This document shows positions 13,192 to 25,639 of a stretch of 64,000 nt of DNA, in pieces (position 1 is the stretch's first letter; each line of letters begins with the position of its first letter). The stretch comes from Botryllus schlosseri (taxonomy: Eukaryota), in NCBI GenBank assembly GCA_051294905.1, contig CM119371.1, forward strand, positions 21,330,001-21,394,000, read 5' to 3'. The notes below the pieces were generated by a model, which was given only the letters and a program-made list of their open reading frames with translations, was not told the DNA's origin and searched no databases. A program made the position numbers and the translations under genes.

Positions 13192-16100
13192 CCTCACATA
13201 TGGTCGTAATTCATTGTTCCAACTTCAACAGCAATAATGTCATCTGTGTATAAACTGAAGTTCGACATATTTTAGAGACTGAGATTTTGTTCGTTATAGG
13301 TGATTTGACTATGCTCTTCGCCAGTAATATATTCACATAAATCATTATACAATTATATTTTCGATAAGTACAACGAATGTTGCAAATTTTGTTCATGGAT
13401 GATTGTTAAAAACTTGATTTCACTAACTTGATCGAGACAGCACTAGAAGTAGCCGTTGTTATATTCTAAATAAATTGGTATCGAATAGACCTGGAGCTTA
13501 TTTTTATACGGCAAAAACCTTTGTAGTATTTGTCGGTGTGACATTTTTAACTCAGGTGTTACAAAAATCGGGAAATCTGTTAAGTATACTCACTTAGATT
13601 TGAAGTAATATGAAGATATAATTATAGCCAGTAGTGTTAAGACATCGACGAAACGTTTACACAGGAGATTGAATGCGATGCACGGGATGTAATACTAAAA
13701 TTTCATATCAGAATACCGATGTATCATACTAACAGCATACGAACACATTATGAATGTGACGCTCTGACTTTATTTACCGATACTAACGATTAAAAAAGAA
13801 TATGTCTTCTAAATTTCGAGACCAGCTGGCTAGCTCAAATGCATGAAATGTGCAAATGAAATCGTTGCGACATCATACCTTGAAAGTAGTATCGTTGTCG
13901 GCTATTTGCGATGAAATACTTCGGCAATTTTCGTGATCTCACTTCATGGATACTCGGAAGTCAGAGAAGTATAATACGCGACTGCTACACTGTGAATTTT
14001 GATATATGTGATACAGTAGACAGTTGTTCAGACGCATCATGTTTATTTCATTTCCAAGCCTAACAATGGTTGTAAATCTGTTACAATATATTTTCAGAAA
14101 TTTCAAAGATATGCGTTTAGCTAGATGCCATAACTTTTGAATATCGGCAGAGTATATCGAGGTTATCCGCGACAGTTCGATAGTTATCCTTTCTGTTGGA
14201 AATGCGATATCTGTCGGGAACTAGCATTAACCGCACTGGTCAAGGATGTCTATAGCTTGTTTATTGACGCAAATGAAGCTAATAAATGAAGAAGCTGATG
14301 AAGAGCAAATGAAGCTAAAGAAACGTGCTAATGAATAGTTAGCCAGCGTAAATGAAAGTTAGTTGAAATCTGATGATGGTAATGAAACATTTTTTTAAAA
14401 AAGAAACTTATGAAAGAATAATGAAGTTAATTAAACATGCTTACGAAAATGCAGCAGACAACGGAAGAGTGTCAGTGTGAATTTTCGAGTGCACTAATTC
14501 CGAATATGACCATATTGCATTTTCGAATTGGTTGTTGTTTTCGAGATGATCCGCACGCTTAGCGAAAAGAGTGGGTATGCAAACATAAAAGGTGTTACAC
14601 GAAAACAGAACTCACGTAACCCTGCGGGTGTATATGACCAGAATGCTCCCCATTTCTCGTGTTGTACATCTGATATTTCACCCCATCCTTTAAAATTGAC
14701 AGGGGTGTGAATTCCAATATATAGACCACACTTGAAATCCTATATCTTTTCCAGATGGCCTACTATTACCAATAAAAAGTCTCGATTGGATATATTTGAT
14801 AAAAATTGAACCATAATAACATAAAATGGATACATATTTCGTGAAATAAAAAATACAGAGATACACAGCGACGGAGAAATCCTCTGAAATCTGTTCGAAG
14901 AACGTTGCCCATGTAATATTGGGACGGTGCCTCCTCCAGGTTTTCGTAAAACGCTCTTTACGACGAAGGTTGGTCACTATCTTCAGCAACTGATTGCGGC
15001 ATCATCCTGAACTCAAAATGCATATTAACAGCACAATTAACAGGCACATGCTAACATATGTAAATATTGATTACTAAACAAACGACCACAATATTAGAAG
15101 CCTTTACGAAGTATTTATATTTTCACAAAGTACTTACAAAAAATCATGTTTCAACTGCTACTGAATTGCTGTTTAGACTGTGGCCCGATACTTAATGCTA
15201 TAGGGAACATATTCTGACAGGATTACTGTATGTGTGGGCAACTAGGCATCAACAAGATGGAAATTCGTCGACAGTTGTCATGAAAACTACATCTAACGGG
15301 CATACTTGGACAATTAGAATACTTTCAGCTTTTCCCAATTGGATTGGAATTAAATTACAACAACTAAGTGTTTTTTTCTTTCGAATCAGAGTAGAATAGG
15401 AATTATGGGTAAACAGTTATTTCCGAATTAGATTAAAATTAGAATTACTGAATTCGCGGAAAATTCAATCAAACTCCGTTAATATCAAATCATAGTTCAT
15501 CTTATAAGCATGAGAACACCAAAAATCTGTACATTGTACAGCAAGCTTGGCTCGTTTCGGACTATACAGTTCTCCTGAAGCTTTGACAGAAAACAACATA
15601 AATTAAATTAGAATTAAAGTTAAAGCATAGACAGATTTCACAAATTTAACAAGAATTGGATTACCGACATCTCGCTTAAATGAGTATAAGTTTAGTAACA
15701 GCACCTGTATCAGGAATAACTGAATATATTTTCGAAGATTCTGTCTCTTAGTATTGTCATTTTGTTTGTTTTGGGGTATTCATGGTGTTTGTCGACTGCT
15801 ATGGTCATTTACACCAGGCCGATATTCTTCTTATTTTCCGTAACTGCCGACTTATAACACGGCCCACTTCTAGGCTTTTGTGAGACACCGCTGACGCGGA
15901 TGAGGTTAGTATTGTCATATGCAATTTTACAGAAGATACACCCAGAGGTGGTCAAAGTAGTCTAGAAAACTACTCAAGTAGAAGTAGAAGTAGCGACGGA
16001 AAAATCTACTCAAGTACGAGTAGAAGTACTTCTTGAATAAGCCTCCTAAAACTACTTGAAGTAGAAGTAAAATTGACCGACTTTAAATCTACTTTTAAGT

Positions 16101-16583
16101 AAGTAAGTAGTTTGGAAAACAGTCTTACTTCCAGGGTTGTAACCAAGTCCCATGGTTCCGAGTCACGAGTCAATCATACTTTTGTTGTTTTGACTCGAGT
16201 CGAGTCGAGTCATTTTCAATTCATCACAGACTCGAGTCCGAGTCCAAGTCACCGTTTAAAGGGTCAAGTCCGAGTCATGGTGTTATGACTCGAGTCAAGT
16301 CCAAGTCACAGTATTGAAGTCATGTTCAACTCATGTTTTCAATCCTGCTTGGGTGATATCGAATTCCTTGTTTGCGAAACATGCTCATTTTGTCCCTATC
16401 AGAGTCTTGGCACGTGTTTATTTAGGCAGATAACGGACTGGTCCTGGCCTCATTTACCGATGCTAAAGATAACTTTACTAATCTTAGAACTTAAAATCAG
16501 ATATCTCTCTTGTCAGTCTGATACATCACCAATACAAGCATTCAGTTTTTATTATGAGCACATCGACGATAGCTCACGAATAG

Positions 16584-16675
16584 CTGATAGAGAACCAACG
16601 AATTCACGTCTACATACTATCTGATAGAGAACCAACAAATTCACGTCAAGATACTAGTTGATAGAGAATCAATAG
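16584..16675. repeat. 37-bp tandem repeat, about 2.5 copies
   Basis: (C/T)TGATAGAGAA starts at 16584, 16621 and 16658. Confidence 0.8.
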
Positions 16676-17569
16676 ATGCATGTTTATGTAGAGGTATTTA
16701 CAACAGGCCAGCATGCTGTAAAAGCGTACATGCAACTATGTGCATTGAGCAGTGAGCACAGAACAGATACCTTTTGATTATACTAAAGGTTTTCCCAATT
16801 GCATTACAGACTACATCGCAGTTACAGCATTGGAGAAATAATTGTACAATGGGGCTGTTCAAAAACATTTTTTCAAATTTTCCGGCTACTTCTTAAAATT
16901 GCTAGATTGCCTAAAAAATCAAATTTGGCTCAATTCCAACCAGTAGAAAGCAATCCTATGAAAGAAAATTTTAGACTAATTACAAATAGAGATTTTCGAA
17001 TTGTACCGGCTATCTCATGATATTGTTACATTGTGTAAAAATATGATTCATAGCAAATTTGACTCAATTCCAACTAGAAAAAGTGAAGTTATTAGAGTAG
17101 AATTTTTGGATATGAAATAATAGTCGGCTTACCACTATGTAATTATATTATATGAAAGAATTTCTCACTAAAATACTCCATTTATTTTCAAATCCAAAAT
17201 ATTCTCCTCTCACATCATTGATTCCACTTTTTTCAAATTAAGCCAGATTCAGTGTTCCTTTTATGCAACATAACAATTTTATCAAGTAACCACCCAGTAA
17301 AATAAAAAAGAAGTTATTCTAGAACAGCCATATTGTACAAACATCACACAACATTAGCCATTCATAATTACTCACGTGCACAATGCACATACCTAACAAA
17401 ACGTCAAATGGACGAGGGGCATTGTGCGTTTTCACAGACAGCAGATCAAATCAATGAGTTACACCTCAAAAATACTAATGTGGAAAGGATACCCTCAAAT
17501 ATGTTAAAGCGGCATGGCCGTAGAATGAATCCACATCTACAGAATACTCGTTCCACTAGTGCACTAGAT

Positions 17570-19185
17570 CAGTGGTTCTCAACCTTTTTCACCTCGAGGA
17601 CCATTAAAATTTCAAAAAATATTTGGTGGACCGGTGGACTTTGAGAAATTGAAATCAATTCAAAATGTAGAGTATGAAGCCGTTTTTTGCAAGTATATGT
17701 TGCTAGAAAGTGACATTTTTAGAGTTTATATCGTAATATCGTAATTGATTATGTTCATGATGGTATCCATGAGATTTTACGGTATAGTGAGTCTGCTGAG
17801 TCGAGGTAAAATTGCCTTTCCGTGCTTTACGTGCTACCGCCGCGAGTCGTTTACAGTCTTACGCGCCGTATGCCGTGGATTTAACCGACCACGCCAACTC
17901 GAATAATATTGTTTTCTTCGACAATATCGAGAGAAGAAGTGTTTTGGAGTCGAATTAAGCGCCTTGTCGAGCTACACCTTGCTGAATGTTCATTGCTCAA
18001 TACCATCAAGCGTAGGCTACTCATGCTACTACGGATACAATGCGCCGCACGAAAACACCTGGCAACAGCTATACCTGCTGGTCAACGGCCATATACACAA
18101 AACCGTTCCGAGAAGGCACGTCGTCAGTCAACCCCCCCCCCCCCCGGAAATCGCTAGTCGTGGGCCCAACAGCTAGATGAATGCTTTCACCACCACGTGA
18201 GCACATCCATTCTACTAAGTGCAGGAAGAGAGTTTATGCAGCCGAAGCGCGGAAATTTTCTATAATTCATGACCGAATCCGTCAATAATATTGGGGATTG
18301 CGTACATATTGCTATAATTTTTTTATCCTCTCAGAATTATCAGATTCTTCGGTAGAGCTGAGTGAGATGTCGTCGTGGAAAATTTATGGCACGAAATCAA
18401 ATTAAACTTATTCGGGCTGGACTGTTGCAATAATTACTTCGTTGCATGTCGTTACTTCATGACCTACTGTCTGTAATATGGTGAATAGATATTGAAATCG
18501 CCCAAGCGTGCTAAGCTAAAAGAGGCACACGATTCCAAATTGCTATTTCTTCACTGGAAAATAACTTTTCTTTGTGGGTGGCGTTTTTGCTGTTGGGTAG
18601 AGATTGCCAGGACAGCGAAAATCGGGTCCAGCCATATGTAGGTGCCTGTGGACAATTTGACATGTATATCGAAGTTTTGGACTACAAAATGGCAGTCGTT
18701 TTCGGCCAAGTTTTCTCGCTGCCAACTTTTTGGCCCACTTTTCGCAGTCCTGTGTTAGCCCAAACTTCATCATGTGTAGATGCGTCGTGGCGCGGCAATA
18801 GCTGACGCCGAAAATGCCTGATATTGCAAATCATGCGTATTTCTTGGCGGACGGGCACCCAATATTCAATTTATTTGGTGACACAAATAATCTATAATTT
18901 ATGTTCATTCACGAAATAACTTTGGGCCCCCTTCAAGCTCGGCCCCTATCAACTACGGGTTTGTAGTGCGGCAGTTACTATACGTCCTAGGCTATAGTCA
19001 TATTGCCCAAATGAATGAATGCAAAACGAACTTCGTGCAAACTGCGCATTTAGCGAGTCAGCTTGTCAGCTATCAATGGACAAGCCTAATTCAACATATA
19101 GCATCTTGAAATTAATGTATAAAATTGTAAAATACCTGGCGGACCGGCAGGAAAGTCGTCGCGGACCGGCGGTTGAGAACCACTG
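17570..19185. mobile_element. hAT (Buster/Charlie-like) element G
   Basis: TIR CAGTGGTTCTCAACC / GGTTGAGAACCACTG; perfect TSD CACTAGAT at 17562-17569 and 19186-19193. Confidence 0.93.
18240..18985 (-). mobile_element. Family A fragment nested in G
   Basis: Colinear with 41340-42090; ends in GCGGCAGTTAC, the complement of the family A terminus. Boundaries approximate. Confidence 0.65.
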
Positions 19186-21063
19186 CACTAGATGCAGGAA
19201 TTGACAAGCATTTTTGAACCACACTGAAGAGCATTGAATACTCATTCTTTCTAGTCGCCCATAAATGCAAAGAATCATCGCCTTCAAATCTACACATGAG
19301 CTTATCAGTCTCTTCACCATCTGAGTCATTTCATTGGCTCTAATTGAACTTTGATTCAATTGTTTGCTTGTATAATTGAAAAGTCTTGAGTACTTTAATT
19401 GCGGAGGATCTATTACCTCTTCATCACTGGACGATTTTGTACAATGCATTGCTACTATGTATCATTTTTTGTTGCTTTTACGGCGGCATATCTGATATCA
19501 GACAAGTGCAGCGAAAGCAGTGGTGACAAATAGCGATGTCAGCAGAATTCGTCGGATGCGTTGATCTAGCCATTATGATTCGCAAATTTCTTCATCTTCA
19601 AGTCATATAAAATAAGCCGAGTCAATGACTTGAGTCGAGTCATGCGTAATGAACTCGAGTACAAGTCGAGTCAATCCAAATATTGACTCGAGTCGAGTCG
19701 AGTCATTTTCCCATTTCAAGAAAATGACTCGAGTCAAGTCGAGTCATAAAAAAATCGTGACTCGAGTCTGACTCGAGTCATTACAACCCTGCTTACTTCG
19801 TTCGAATGGACTGTCAAAAGCTGCGAATTGAGCTATGCGGCAGGTGCAAAGAGCTTGATTCGTATTGATACATTCGAGAAGGTATCAATTTTCGACAACA
19901 TAAGCATTGTTTCGCGCCATGGGATGGAAATTATAGTATTGATATGGGAATGCAATACTAACCCTTTGTTTACTAGAAGACCCCGTTAGATATGGCACCC
20001 TACCCCATATTATAACGCCCATAGTTCAGGTGAAGAGCAATACGTAGAAGTTGTATCGGATACGGTTTTATCACTTTTCGCGATTAGTATACGTAAAAAA
20101 CAAATATTGTGGATCGTAAAAGTTATATTTAGTGTACATTTATTTGCGGAAAATAGAGGCATTACTACACTTGCTTTTAAACTCAAAATATGATACTCGC
20201 AATTGAAAGTGAAATACAAATACCACTTCTAAAAAGCAGAAAATATATTTCATGTATTTTGTCCATAAAGCTTCAAAGGTGATCTGCTGAAATAGGTGTA
20301 ACGTTAGAAAAGCGGGAGTTTCCAGATCAGCAAGAAACGCAATGTGCTGCTAGATTACGATGCGATAGGTAACCGCTAGATTGCGAATCGGTAGTTTCAA
20401 ACGTCATGATGGGCCATATTTACTGTGATGAAATATTTGCTATGGGCGACAATGAGGTATGAGAGGAACCAAGTAATCCGGTACCTGAATTATATTCACT
20501 GATACTTTCATGAAAACATATTTGTCACTCCACCACTACTATGAGCGAAGCACAACAAAATTTCTGGGATTTACTTGACTTTTATGAAAATTGAATGTTG
20601 ATACTCCGTGAAAACAGCCCCGAAATTCCTCAGGCTATCTTTAATATTGGGGGAATAAACTACTTCTACTTGACAAACTGAAAATAGCGAAAAGTAAGTA
20701 AGTATATCACAAAATTTTACGAAGTAGAAGTAGAAGTACAGAAAATCAGATCTACTTGAGTAAGTACCAGAAGTAGAGGGAAACTACTTGAGTACTTCCA
20801 AAAAGTAGAAGTACTTCGTTACTGACCACCTCTGCACATAACAATTTTGAAAGTAGACATCACCGAAAAACTGCTTACCATACTTGAATAGCCTACTTTT
20901 CCGACATTTCGTATTCTAATCCCACTTGATATAGCATTGAAATGTAGTGTGAACTGATACATCTATACTTGTAATAGACCAAAAATTGACCGTTGCATTT
21001 CTACATCGACTTGAGTAGCAACGCTTGTAACTTTGACCATCTCTGCTTTGATTTACCTTATAT

Positions 21064-21760
21064 CAGGGTTGTAACCAAGTCACCATGCCCCGAGTCACAA
21101 GTCAATCTCACTTCTATAGTTTTGAATCGAGTCAATTCAAATGGTTTTCAATTCACCTTCGAGTCAAGTCCGAGTCCAAGTCAGCGAGCAGAGGATCGAG
21201 TCAGTATCATGGTATTATGACTCGAGTCGAGTCCAAGTCATTGTGTTGATTGATAAATTTCCAGTTAAAGTCTTGTTAAATTAGGCTTACCATACGTCCT
21301 CTTTTAAGAGGATTTGTCCTCTTTTTTGACTTTTTTGAAAGTGTCCTCGGAGGACGCCCTTTTGTCCTCTTTTTTGAGATTTTGTCCTCTTTTTTGAAAA
21401 TTTAGGTCAGATTTAGAGCAAATTGCGAGTGATATGCCGTAAATTAGCACAGAAGTGAAGCTCCGGCGGGTATTTCGGAGTGAAAAACGGTGATTTTAGC
21501 TCTGAGCGAAAAGATTACCTTTTTTTTTTTTTTTTTTTTAGTCATCCACCTGGCAATGTGGGGAGAAAACGGTATTTTGAGCTCTGAGCAGAAGTGATGA
21601 CCTTTTTTTTTTTTTTTTATAAGTCAACCGATCACAAAGTGGGAAAAATTAACCGGTTTTTCAAAATGCTACTCCGGTTTCGCATCTTGCAAATTTCTGA
21701 AAAAGTGTCCTCTTTTTACGTTTTCAAAATATGGTAAGCCTATGTTAAATCCACTTTTCA
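21064..21760 (+). mobile_element. Truncated family F element (left part), interrupted by E
   Basis: Starts CAGGGTTGTAACCAAGTC; homology to 6662-6833 ends shortly after 21750. Confidence 0.8.
21282..21742 (+). mobile_element. MITE E (Blackjack-like hAT terminus)
   Basis: TIR TAGGCTTACCATA / TATGGTAAGCCTA; perfect TSD TGTTAAAT; GTCCTCTTTT subterminal repeats; empty site TCTTGTTAAATCCAC seen near 6815. Confidence 0.92.
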
Positions 21761-21763
21761 TAA

Positions 21764-23157
21764 CTACGTCGGGCAGTCCATGAGAAGCAACCATGTCATG
21801 TTCCACTCTGCTTCAGAGATTGAGATATTTCCAAAGATTGTAGTCAAAATGAATAATACTTTGACGATTGGTGCCGGATTGGATTGATACTCATTGGATC
21901 GATTGATGCAGAGAAAATAGTCTTGCCGAAAGACTATGCATATTATTTGAGTGCGAGATGTGAGGAGATGGACACTACAATGCAATCTTTGGATAATTCC
22001 GTGTGCCTTGTGAATATGACAACCAAGTTCAGCTGCAACTGCCATTGAAAGACATGTTACATTACAGATAATATTGCTTTACTTGTACTAGCAGGAAAAA
22101 GATATGCAGCTACTGCAAAACTGAAGATATTCTCATGTCGCAGAAACAGCAACGAAATTCGTGAGCAGGGAAGCTTATCAAAGAGACAAGAAAACAACAA
22201 CAATGATAAATTTGATACGGACATTTTTGCCAATCCATCGAGCAGACTACCTCATTATCAGCATGAGATTAAATTTTGATCCGTTATTGGAATCATTTTC
22301 AGCTTGATCAGGAAATCTGGCCGCACCTGCGCTATGGTAATTTTCAAAGAATAATTAATTTCTAAACAGGATTGAAACATACAGTGTTCAAATGTCTTGG
22401 TACTTGATGCTTCAATGCCCTCCGATGCTCAACGTCATGTAAAATCTCTTCTCCACCATCCAACTGCAGTCCTGTTATTGTCATTAAGAGAGAATAAGAA
22501 AGCTCGAAAAAATAACATTTGAGGATATATATTTTTGTTACGTGACAAGAAACATTGACGCTATCAATTATTAGGCACAGTTATTCGATTGTTCATAATA
22601 GCACAACACAGTTTCATAAATTACAACAAAAATAGATGCACACAGTACATTTATCGAATGGCTTAAACATAGGTATATCTGATATTGTAATTTGCATAAA
22701 CATGAAAATCCATTTTTCCTACATATTGACTTGACTTAAATGCTTTCCGTTGACTAGCATTTTGGTTCTTGATATTCTGAATTTAGATGACAACAAGTCT
22801 GACATAATAACAAAAGTCGTTTATGCAGTTTTTAGGTTTTACAGTAAATAAAATATCTATACCCTGTATAAAATTCTCAATGATATTATGGTGTTGGTTT
22901 CCTCATTGAAATTTAGTCACGACTAGTATCAGTGCATTTAGGAGTCCATGAAGGGGTTAGGTATTTAAGCTGTTCAAAATCCTGCTTCCGTAATACCCAT
23001 CCGATGACACATAGTCTGGCGCTCGGATTCGATCAACTTCTTCTATGATCACTTCAACCGTTGAGGGAATAGATGGTGATGTGTAAGTTGGTAAATTTGT
23101 TGATTGAAGGTAATTGTTGCACAGTCTCTATTCCATCTTATTCTCCGAACTCGCCAT
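21764..23157 (-). pseudogene. Possible decayed multi-exon gene, death-domain-like fragments (speculative)
   Basis: Minus-strand ATG at 23157; interrupted frames giving CHRMGITEA/DFEQLKY and MAVAAELG; one exon-like segment near 22381-22473 with AG/GT flanks. Several stops and frameshifts. Confidence 0.2.
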
Positions 23158-24345
23158 CTTGCAAGTCAACTATGATTGTAAGAGTTGACAAACTGGACAT
23201 GGACAACATTACAATTAAATGACTATACAAATTATATGCTGTGAACAATCATTTATATATCATTGGCTGTGCACAAGTCTATCAAACCTGAAATGGACAG
23301 TGGCGGGAACTTTCTACCTATTTTGGGTCGCTCTTGCGCACACATACACTTATAAGATATACCATCATAGCATGGTAAATTATACTCATGAAGTAGTTTG
23401 AAAAAGTAGGTTAAGACCAGATTTTGCAAACGTTTGTTAGTCAATTGAATATTGAAATCTACTTGTTTAAGCAGAAAATGAACGGTCTGAAAAGTACTCG
23501 AGTAGTATGAAGAAATCAGTTAGACTATACTTTATATACATCTGTTAGTCAATTGCATACTGTATCTACAAGCTGCTGACGATTACTCCTAATTAGTATA
23601 AAACAAAAATATTTATATTTATTCAATTGTATATAGGAGCATTCGAATCACAAGATGAATCTCCGTAACAAAGGAATAATGACTATTATTACTTCAAAAA
23701 CGTGATGCTTTTTGCGATATCCTCAAGAAGATTTTTCCTACTTTCACAAATTCAGAAGACCTGACTTTAGGGTCAGTTTTAGAACCTGCATGAATTGACT
23801 TGGAAAATTTAGAAATGACTTCGTGACTTGATTAAAATTTGCAATGACTTGAAGATAGTAACCTGGTCCCAACTCTAGCTCGTACTATGAAGTATCCACC
23901 GTTATTTGATACTGCGACACCACCTCCGATCACAATGTTCATCACGTAGGCATACTGGTATATCAGTTTCGTCTTAATATTAGGCCATGCTACTGGTATT
24001 GGCCAAAACCTGTACAGTATGCACACATTTCACCTGCAACAGAGGTCTCAATAAAAAACTTGTTCACTACGTTAACGCCAGTTCCCGAAGAAAGATTGCT
24101 GGATACCCGTTTGTTTACATCGATTTCATACCCCTGGTGAAGCATGACTCGCGACGCGCTCAAACGCAGCGCTCACTGGAGTTTCCAATCATTGTATAAT
24201 GTATATATATCATTTATTGATATAAATAGATGCTTAAAGCGGATTCATTTGGTTTTGTCTATAATCGTAACGATTTACTTGCGACGTTCTGGACTCTATA
24301 AATTTTCAGCTGCATGAAAGTATGAGCAGATCACACTCGGAGTTC

Positions 24346-24655
24346 GGGGAAGCGAATGGCGCAGTTGGTTGAACACTGCAGTGACGACATCAATGGTTGC
24401 TGGTTCGAGTGTCGGCTCTTCCATGTTTCTATGTGTCGGAGGTTTATCTGGACTCCTCATCGCCGATCCCGCTGTAAATACAGTGCATTGAAAAGCTCAT
24501 AGGAAGAGAGAGTCGAACTCTTGAAAGATGGCAGCAAATGAACCGGAAAAAGGACGCAAGACAAGCGTAAAAAAGATCTTATGAAATCTACTGTGCCGGC
24601 GCATATGACCAAGTTGTTGAACGTGCCAGTTAAGTGTCAATAAAACAAACAAACA
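24346..24655 (+). mobile_element. tRNA-derived SINE
   Basis: Pol III A box TGGCGCAGTTGG (24357-24368), B box GGTTCGAGT (24402-24410), unique body, AATAAAA(CAAA)n tail; degenerate flanking repeat ACACTCGGAGTT / ACACTGGGAATT. Confidence 0.75.
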
Positions 24656-25031
24656 CTGGGAATTAGTAACAAATGAATCTGGTTGTTTCTCCCCACATTC
24701 CCTTCATCAGTAGATTTGAATATCAGTTGCCACTGGTTTCCACATACTGTTCAAATACCGCGCTACCGGTGGGGCATGAGTACAATGGACGGAACGGGAC
24801 GCATCTTGCGTCACACTCGCGGGGGACACTAGAGACATTTGTCGACATCCATGCTATACATTGAAAAACGATAACATTCCTCGACAACTTTCAAAAAAAA
24901 ATGGGCTAAAAACTTTAATGATTGATGTAGGCTGATTGTCGGTTTCCGAATTTGATTCTGAGCTCAGAATTGCTCTATCACTTCCGATTTTTTCCCTATC
25001 TATATTTCAAATCTCGTTAGTTACATTACGG

Positions 25032-25150
25032 CAGTGCTTTTCAACATTTTTGAGCTCCATTCACACATTTTTTTGAAAAATAATTTCATTCGCACCAGCT
25101 AGCTGAAATTTAGTACACGAAACGAAAATGAAGAAACTTATCACTTTTGC
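25032..25150 (+). mobile_element. Left-end fragment of family K
   Basis: CAGTGCTTTTCAACATTTTTGAGCTCCATTC matches 7069 onward. Confidence 0.75.
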
Positions 25151-25391
25151 ATTCGAAGAGCTTCTTAGGGGAACAGAGCTTCATTATTTTGCCTTCAGCG
25201 TATCGTATTATTGACTAATGAAGCACTAAAATCACTGCAGTAGAAAAATCACAGATATCACACTCCCGTTTTTGTCAAGAAGTTCGTTGTATTTTCGGGG
25301 GGTATCAAGCAGTGATTTCCTTGGCAGCTTCTGGGGCGAACCCGAAAACAATATTCAATCGCCTCAATATCACTTTTCCACTAAATGCACA

Positions 25392-25621
25392 TGTGTATTT
25401 ATCCGTTAGGTGTCTATACCTTCTCTTCATTTCCGCTAGTAATTATTTCGTCGATATGTTACTTATCATTCTTGTGTAGGGCGTTCTGACAGTAGCATGT
25501 GTTTCCTGATTCACTTCTGTTCAAACGTTTATACTATTTGTAACATAGTCTACACTTTTAGTGAATAAAAGCCTAGAAAGCCGTATGTCTATTGGTGGAT
25601 TTTCCTCGCAAGGTCACAACA
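25392..25621 (+). repeat. 5' LTR
   Basis: Direct repeat of 29180-29387; TATA-like at about 25530, AATAAA at 25564, ends CAACA. Confidence 0.85.
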
Positions 25622-25639
25622 ATTTTATTGACTAAGATC

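Larger units (their letters stand above)
17446..19297 (-). pseudogene. hAT transposase C-terminal dimerisation domain, split by insertion G
   Basis: Removing 17570-19185 plus one TSD restores the in-frame peptide DSLHLWATRKNEYSMLFSVVQKCLSIPASSALVERVFCRCGFILRPCRFNIFEGILSTLVFLRCNSLI*. Confidence 0.85.
16132..19791. mobile_element. Family F element F2 carrying a transposase relic
   Basis: TIR CAGGGTTGTAA / TTACAACCCTG; perfect TSD CTTACTTC at 16124-16131 and 19792-19799; GACTCGAGTC arrays at both ends. Confidence 0.93.
15943..20834. mobile_element. Tol2-like hAT non-autonomous element H (outer layer of a nest)
   Basis: TIR CAGAGGTGGTCA / TGACCACCTCTG; dense AAGTA/GAGTA/TACTT repeats at 15954-16130 and 20660-20816; TSD not recognisable. 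Confidence 0.8.

Noticed and set aside
24346..24425. Functional tRNA gene
   Set aside because: A/B boxes are present but I could not fold a convincing cloverleaf, there is no oligo-T terminator, and the sequence continues into a SINE-like body and tail.
25567..25578. AAAAGCCTAGAA shared between the LTR and the MITE C interior
   Set aside because: A 12-mer with no flanking similarity; treated as coincidence.
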